Shown here: positions 59,044 through 64,000 of the stretch, piece after piece
Layout of the letters: the number at the start of each line of letters is the position of its first letter
How positions within the stretch are numbered: the stretch's first letter is position 1
NCBI GenBank assembly: GCA_964425225.1
Contig: CAYRMD010000010.1
Span: 16,712-80,711, forward strand
DNA from: an uncultured Pirellulaceae bacterium
Lineage (GTDB): Bacteria > Planctomycetota > Planctomycetia > Pirellulales > Pirellulaceae
Reading direction: 5' to 3'
Length of the DNA: 64,000 nt
Notes under the pieces: model-generated
Databases searched by the model: none
Told to the model about the DNA's origin: nothing
What the model saw: only the letters and a program-made list of their open reading frames with translations
Translations under genes and position numbers: made by a program

Positions 59044-59649
59044 ATGATGATCGTCTTCCTGGGACCTCCCGGCGTCGGCAAGGGTACCCAATGCCGCCGT
59101 TTGGCTGCTCGGTTGCAGATCCCGCACGTTTCCACCGGTGATTTGTTTCGCAAAGCGGTTCAGGACAGATCAACCCTAGGCCAGCAGGTAGCCCAGCGCT
59201 TGGCTGCCGGTCAGTTGATCGAGGACCCCTTGGTGTTCTCCTTAGTAGAAACACGCCTCTCGCAGTCCGACTGTCGTGCCGGTTGTATCTTAGATGGTTT
59301 TCCCCGCACTTTGCCCCAAGCTGCTTGGCTCGACACCTGGCTCGCTCAGCACGGTCGCAGGCTAGACCTCGTGGTCGCCCTGGATGCCCACGAATCGGAG
59401 CTCATTGAACGCTTGTTGCGTCGTGCCCACGAGGAGCGCCGCGCCGACGACACGCTACAGACCGTACGGAAGCGTCTAGAATTATATCGTTTGCAGACGC
59501 AACCTCTGATCGACCTATACGGACGGCGCGGTGTATTGGCTCAGGTGGATGGCGTCGGAAGCCCTGACCAAGTGGCAGAACGCATTTTAAACGCGATCGC
59601 TCAGCAAACGGCAATCACGCCCGAAGCTGGCATTGGCCAGAAGGATTGA
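59044..59649 (+). CDS. adk: Adenylate kinase (short lid, no Zn-Cys motif seen)
   Basis: MMIVFLGPPGVGKGTQ P-loop, then HVSTGDLFR...GCILDGFPRT. Confidence 0.95.
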   Translation: MMIVFLGPPGVGKGTQCRRLAARLQIPHVSTGDLFRKAVQDRSTLGQQVAQRLAAGQLIEDPLVFSLVETRLSQSDCRAGCILDGFPRTLPQAAWLDTWLAQHGRRLDLVVALDAHESELIERLLRRAHEERRADDTLQTVRKRLELYRLQTQPLIDLYGRRGVLAQVDGVGSPDQVAERILNAIAQQTAITPEAGIGQKD

Positions 59650-59652
59650 TCC

Positions 59653-60483
59653 GTGCGAGGCGTGGAGTTGAAATCTGCCAGGGAACTGAAACGCATGCGT
59701 CGCGCGGGACTCGTGGTGTGGACTGCCCACCAAGTAGTTTCGCGTCAGGTAGAACCCGGTAAGACGACGGCCGAACTGAATGTCTGGGTCGAGCGCGTGT
59801 TGGAATTTTTCCGGGCCGAGCCCCTTTTTTATGGCGTCCCGGGTCCAATACAACCGTTCCCTGCCGTAAGCTGTATTTCCGTAAACGAAGAACTGGTCCA
59901 TGGTATTCCGGGACGTCGCGTGTTACACGCAGGTGATATCGTTTCGATTGATATTGGTTGTCGTTTCGAGGGCTGGTGCGGCGATTCGGCTTGGACATAT
60001 CCGGTTGGGCAGATCGACGACCGCTCCCAAAAACTTCTGGAAGTAACCGAGCAAACGCTCAAGTTAGCTATCGAGCAGTTTTGCCGCCAGGAGCGCTGGA
60101 GCCAGGTGGCCCGGAAAATGGCAGATTTCGTGCATGCGGCCGGTTTCTCCGTGGTTCGCGAATTCTCGGGACACGGCATAGGACGCCAGATGCACGAACC
60201 GCCCCAAGTGCCCAACTACGTGGATCGCTCCCTGGCAGAATGTGACATTCGCATCGTTCCGGGATTGGTGCTGGCTATCGAACCGATGGTAAATGCCGGC
60301 TCGCGCAGCGTGCGGCTTCTTCCTGACGGATGGACTATTATCACGTCCGACCGACAACCCTCAGCTCATTTCGAACATACCGTCGCCCGCACAGAAAGTG
60401 GTGTTTGGGTATTGACCGGCGCACCGGAAACCCCGGACGAAGAGGCATTTGTTCGCCCTGCGTTAGAAAAGTTCCTTGGTTAA
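59653..60483 (+). CDS. map: Type I methionine aminopeptidase
   Basis: LKSARELKRMRRAG...GDIVSIDIG...GDSAWTYPVG...FSGHGIG...LAIEPM...HFEHTV metal-ligand pattern. GTG start. Confidence 0.95.
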   Translation: MRGVELKSARELKRMRRAGLVVWTAHQVVSRQVEPGKTTAELNVWVERVLEFFRAEPLFYGVPGPIQPFPAVSCISVNEELVHGIPGRRVLHAGDIVSIDIGCRFEGWCGDSAWTYPVGQIDDRSQKLLEVTEQTLKLAIEQFCRQERWSQVARKMADFVHAAGFSVVREFSGHGIGRQMHEPPQVPNYVDRSLAECDIRIVPGLVLAIEPMVNAGSRSVRLLPDGWTIITSDRQPSAHFEHTVARTESGVWVLTGAPETPDEEAFVRPALEKFLG

Positions 60484-60726
60484 AACGTGCGCGTGCTAAC
60501 CGAACCGACGGAGGGCGAGCGCAGTTTGTTGCCGGAACGCACAAGGCTCTTTTTGGGTTGGCCACCGCTCTATCCCGCAAGAGTCTTGATGTTCTTAACG
60601 GCTCACTGCCAATCGGCCTTGGTGTATTTACCCGCTAAATTGTTCACTGCGCCATACTATACAAGTGGGGAGAGCACGCATCGGGCAACCTACCGGCGAC
60701 TGGCAGTGACACGCTTTTATCGTTAC

Positions 60727-62194
60727 ATGTGTGCGTCTCACTTCTAGGAAGCACGTGGCTGTAATTGAGCCGGCTATCACCCGGATTCTCCCTATGGCTT
60801 CCGAAGATGCATGGCCTTACACAGCCGTGACTGTTAGGGAGCGGCGGTATGCAAATCGGACAGGGCTCTTTCGGGTCGGCGTGTGAAGCCGCTCCTACAG
60901 GTCGTGCATTCCCGGGGTGGACCAATTGCGCGGCGCTAACGCCATGGGAGGGAGATTTACTGATGCCGCAAGCTTTCGCAAGGACGCACGAATTAAGGAA
61001 CGTGCTGTTCCGATGACGCACGTACTTACAGTCACGACTTCGAACAGCGTCAAAGGCTCGTCACGTCGCTGGCCGAATCTTGTGCTAGCAAAACTCCCAA
61101 GCGAACGTGTGCCGATCGACAGCCTCGTGCCACCCAACCCCCCTTGTACGGCGACTAAAGCCATCTGGGCACCCGATCGCTAACTTATCCGGTCAATGGC
61201 GGCTTTCGCCACCTTACTGGGTAAAAGGCCAGTTTTTTCCAATGTTTCTTCTTTAGCTAACGTAGTCGCGTTTTCTTGTTTCGCCAGTCTTCCCATTTTC
61301 ATCAAATTTCCAAACCAAAGAGTCACGGTGCCTGTCCTCTTGCCTAAGGTGCCTGTCCCCGAGCCGACCGAGCCTGTCCCCGGGCCCGGTACCACCCTCT
61401 TTGGTATACGACTACGATTATCGACATACTTACGTATGGCCGGGTCACCTGGCACGGTTACGGTTATTTAGAACACTTTACTCCCTCGGCGTCCACGGTG
61501 CCGACATCGCTGGACACGCGCGCTTGGAAACCTCTTTACTCCCGAGATTGCTGAGATGCGGTGTTGCTTTTCGGCGTAGATAGTCGCTAGCAGCCAAGGC
61601 CCAAGAAGACGTTGACAGACGCTCGCTAAAGAAACGCTACCAAATTGCTGCACGGCAGCTTTCCGAAAGGGAATCGGCGCCGGCGGCTAGTGGGTTAGGG
61701 AAAACTGTTGGGCGGCACCGCACGATGGGTGCACTATACCCGTTGCTCCGATACGTTCCTCGCTGGCCGTCGTTATGCGAAGCCGAGCGTCCATCACCAC
61801 ACCGTCAGTTGCGCGGATTGTCGCACAGACAATTACAAGTAGGCTTCGGACGAATCAAATAGCGCAAAGACACCGCGGCCCACGCAGACGATCGCAATGT
61901 ACATGCAGCCTTCCTTGCGCCTTTGCGTTGAATTGAATTGGCCGCTCGCTTACGGTCGCAGCTCTGTGGAGTCCTTGCTCGACGCAGCGCCTTTGCCAAT
62001 AAGCACCCGCATCGGTTGACATTGGATTGGGCCGAAAAAAAGCATACCATGCCAGACCGGGCAAGTGACCGAACCATTTTATCTACCATCAAGACAGATA
62101 ACTCGTTTCCAATTCTGCCGCGAAAAATAGGCAAATTTCCGCCATGGTCCGCCTTTTAGACCAGAATCCCATCCACAATCAAGATGCACACACT
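60727..62194 (-). repeat. Copy B of the ~1.5 kb ORF-less TIR-bounded element (inverted relative to copy A)
   Basis: Ends are atgtgtgcgtctc (60727-60739) and cacaatcaagatgcacacac (62175-62194). Identical blocks shared with copy A: ccggcggctagtgggt 61680-61695 = rc of 7009-7024; ccgatgacgcacgtac 61010-61025 = rc of 7680-7695; ggctatcacc 60772 = rc of 7947; ggcggcaccgcac 61711 = rc of 6983. Confidence 0.85.
61330..61379 (-). repeat. Three phased GGACAGGC motifs inside copy B
   Basis: GCCTGTCC starts at 61330, 61351 and 61372, 21 nt apart. Spacers differ from those in copy A. Confidence 0.8.
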
Positions 62195-62305
62195 ACCGTT
62201 ACCAGTTGGCCTGGACGCCATAGCATTCTCTCGGCAGAATCCAGCCACCCGGATGATTTCTGCCTGAGCAACTTCGCGGGAACTCCTAACATAGGATCCA
62301 TTACG

Positions 62306-62557
62306 ATGCTTCTGGCGAATACCCATAGTCAACCGTACATTTTGTTTTTGTTGCTCGCTCTCGGCACATGGCTCAATGGCTGCGCTGGTCTTGGCCAGAC
62401 GTTCACCGAAAAAGACACACATTCTGTCCGACGCGGTCACTGGATAGACCAGTTACAAGAAGCATTGGTTAGCGAGAAAGCGCGGCAAATCGAACAGCGG
62501 CTCAAACGGGATCCGGCTGGCGATTGGGACGCGTTTCACTTGACCGATCAGGAATGA
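62306..62557 (+). CDS. Small putative lipoprotein
   Basis: MLLANTHSQPYILFLLLALGTWLNGCAG, with an L-N-G-C lipobox. 83 aa. The longer ORF from 62144 runs into the repeat terminus. Confidence 0.5.
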   Translation: MLLANTHSQPYILFLLLALGTWLNGCAGLGQTFTEKDTHSVRRGHWIDQLQEALVSEKARQIEQRLKRDPAGDWDAFHLTDQE

Positions 62558-62613
62558 GACAGATTCGCGAGCCCGAGGCGGTTCGCCAATAATGAAACGA
62601 CGACATTTCCTGC

Positions 62614-64000
62614 TCACAACGTGCGCAGGAATGCGATAAGGTCAGCCAACTCCTGCTCGGTTAGTGCTTCTCCTGCCACGTTCTGCGGAGCGTGCGGCCC
62701 GCGTAACAGTTCTTCCAGCGAATGGGATCGTCCGTCATGCAGCAACCGAGGCCGTAAAAACACTCGCCGTAACGAGGGAGTATTGAACGACGGATAGGCA
62801 TCACGTTCCGAGCCAAGCCCCACGTCATGAAGCCGGCCGTCTGTGTAATAAGGCCCCGAATGGCAAGTAACACAGCCCGCCCGAGAGCCATGGAAAAGTT
62901 CGCGACCACGCTGGATCGCCTCGGGATTCTGCAGCCAGTCCGTATACGGATTCGGCGGCGCCGGCAACTGCTGGAGGTAAGCCAGCAGCGCCTCGACTTT
63001 GTCTTCTTCGGGCAGTGGCCCCTGCATTGTGGAGGTCAGTGATTTTACCAGGGCACTACGCAAATCTTTTTGCCAGCCGTGCCACGTCCAAGGCCCCGTC
63101 TCATGAACATAATAAAGCGGTAGCACGGTCTTGAACGTGTTGATCGTGCCATCATTATGCGTGTCCATGGGTTCGGCATTCGTGCCACCTTCAAAGTGAC
63201 ACGTATGGCAACTATACCACTGGTCGAGGCTCAATCGGGCATCGTAAAAGAGCATTTCGCCGCGCCGCGCTAACGAGGGTTCCTTGGCACTGCCTAAGAC
63301 AATTTCGGCCACGATGGATCGCTGTCGAATGTCTACCACTTGCACACTATTCCGCAAATAGTTAGCCACCCAAGCTCGGCGATTGTCCGGATTGATCCGC
63401 ACGGCCATCGGACGCCCACCCAGGTCGATCCGAGCAAAACGATTGCTATCCGTACGTAAGGCGACCGGTAAATGGTTCCCGGACGTGGTCTCACCAAGCG
63501 GCAGATCGGTAAGTCGCATCACCAGCAGTTCTTGCGTTCCACCTGCTGCAATCAGCATCCATTGTTCGTCACTGGTAATCGCCAATCCCGAAGGGTCGGC
63601 TACGGCACGGCCCGGTACGTCTAATGGCATGAGTTCTGGTGTGGTTTTTTTCGGTACCCTGATGCGTCCCACCCGCGAGCCCAATACCCATCCTAAGCGT
63701 ATATTCTGCGGAGTAATGGGCGTTCGCCGATAGACAACCCACGGCAGATAGACAAAATCACCGTTACGCGAAAATACCATGTGTCCGAAGTTCAAACCTT
63801 GTATCGCAGTCGAAAACAGCACTCGTTGCGTTTCAGTGTCGATGATAGCCACGCGGCGATCGGCACAGCATGCTACGGCCAACTGCCGACCGTCACTACT
63901 GAGTGCCACCGTCCGTGGCCAGCGTCCCACCGGGATCGTTGTCGTTACCATCCCACTGGACCAATCCACCACCGCGATCTGGGCATCACCGAGTCGCGCT
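62614..64000 (-). CDS. Beta-propeller (YVTN-like) / di-haem cytochrome c peroxidase (CCP/MauG family) fusion; N-terminus lies beyond the window end
   Basis: C-terminal half has two CxxCH motifs (CHTCH and CVTCH) with CCP-like spacing and FNTPSLRRV. Upstream repeats resemble propeller blades. The ORF is still open at 64000. Confidence 0.8.
   Translation of the reverse strand, partial: ARLGDAQIAVVDWSSGMVTTTIPVGRWPRTVALSSDGRQLAVACCADRRVAIIDTETQRVLFSTAIQGLNFGHMVFSRNGDFVYLPWVVYRRTPITPQNIRLGWVLGSRVGRIRVPKKTTPELMPLDVPGRAVADPSGLAITSDEQWMLIAAGGTQELLVMRLTDLPLGETTSGNHLPVALRTDSNRFARIDLGGRPMAVRINPDNRRAWVANYLRNSVQVVDIRQRSIVAEIVLGSAKEPSLARRGEMLFYDARLSLDQWYSCHTCHFEGGTNAEPMDTHNDGTINTFKTVLPLYYVHETGPWTWHGWQKDLRSALVKSLTSTMQGPLPEEDKVEALLAYLQQLPAPPNPYTDWLQNPEAIQRGRELFHGSRAGCVTCHSGPYYTDGRLHDVGLGSERDAYPSFNTPSLRRVFLRPRLLHDGRSHSLEELLRGPHAPQNVAGEALTEQELADLIAFLRTL

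Noticed and set aside
60487-60747. 86 aa ORF immediately after map, considered as a degenerate infA.
   Set aside because: It has no S1/OB-fold IF-1 motifs such as GxVxExLPNAxFRVxL, and its 3' end runs into the repeat terminus. It is likely non-coding.

Overview
This 64 kb window looks like chromosomal core DNA from a moderately GC-rich bacterium. The gene content and protein architectures suggest Planctomycetota/PVC, but that is inference only. All calls come from reading the sequence and the ORF track; no searches were run, and the identity figures are rough by-eye estimates.

Most of the window is the translation and transcription supercluster, all on the + strand:
- rpmJ-rpsM-rpsK-rpoA-rplQ at 17.1-19.9 kb.
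- tRNA Thr-Tyr-Gly-Thr, tuf, tRNA-Trp, secE-nusG-rplKAJL-rpoBC-rpsLG-fusA at 29.7-47.4 kb.
- rpsJ through secY-adk-map at 48.1-60.5 kb.

The flanks carry housekeeping and accessory genes:
- a frameshifted RND pump next to an intact PadR regulator
- a DUF255 thioredoxin protein
- lpxA and folK
- a 749 aa membrane/coiled-coil orphan
- a response regulator, tandem-BMC shell protein and B3/4-domain protein trio
- a PfkB kinase and a MaoC dehydratase
- an S15 peptidase, an Ap4A-phosphorylase-like protein, a deoxyhypusine-synthase-like protein and a double M16 peptidase
- a partial propeller/cytochrome c peroxidase

The most unusual signal is non-coding. Two ~1.5 kb ORF-less elements with terminal inverted repeats (6513-8001 on +, 60727-62194 inverted) bracket about 52.7 kb. 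They show conserved blocks separated by diverged, indel-rich stretches, and both carry a 21-nt-phased triple GGACAGGC motif. At least three or four shorter related copies sit in other intergenic regions, including between fusA and rpsJ. Other oddities are that rplX, rpmD, rpsD and infA are missing from their canonical operon slots, and that the alpha operon is displaced.
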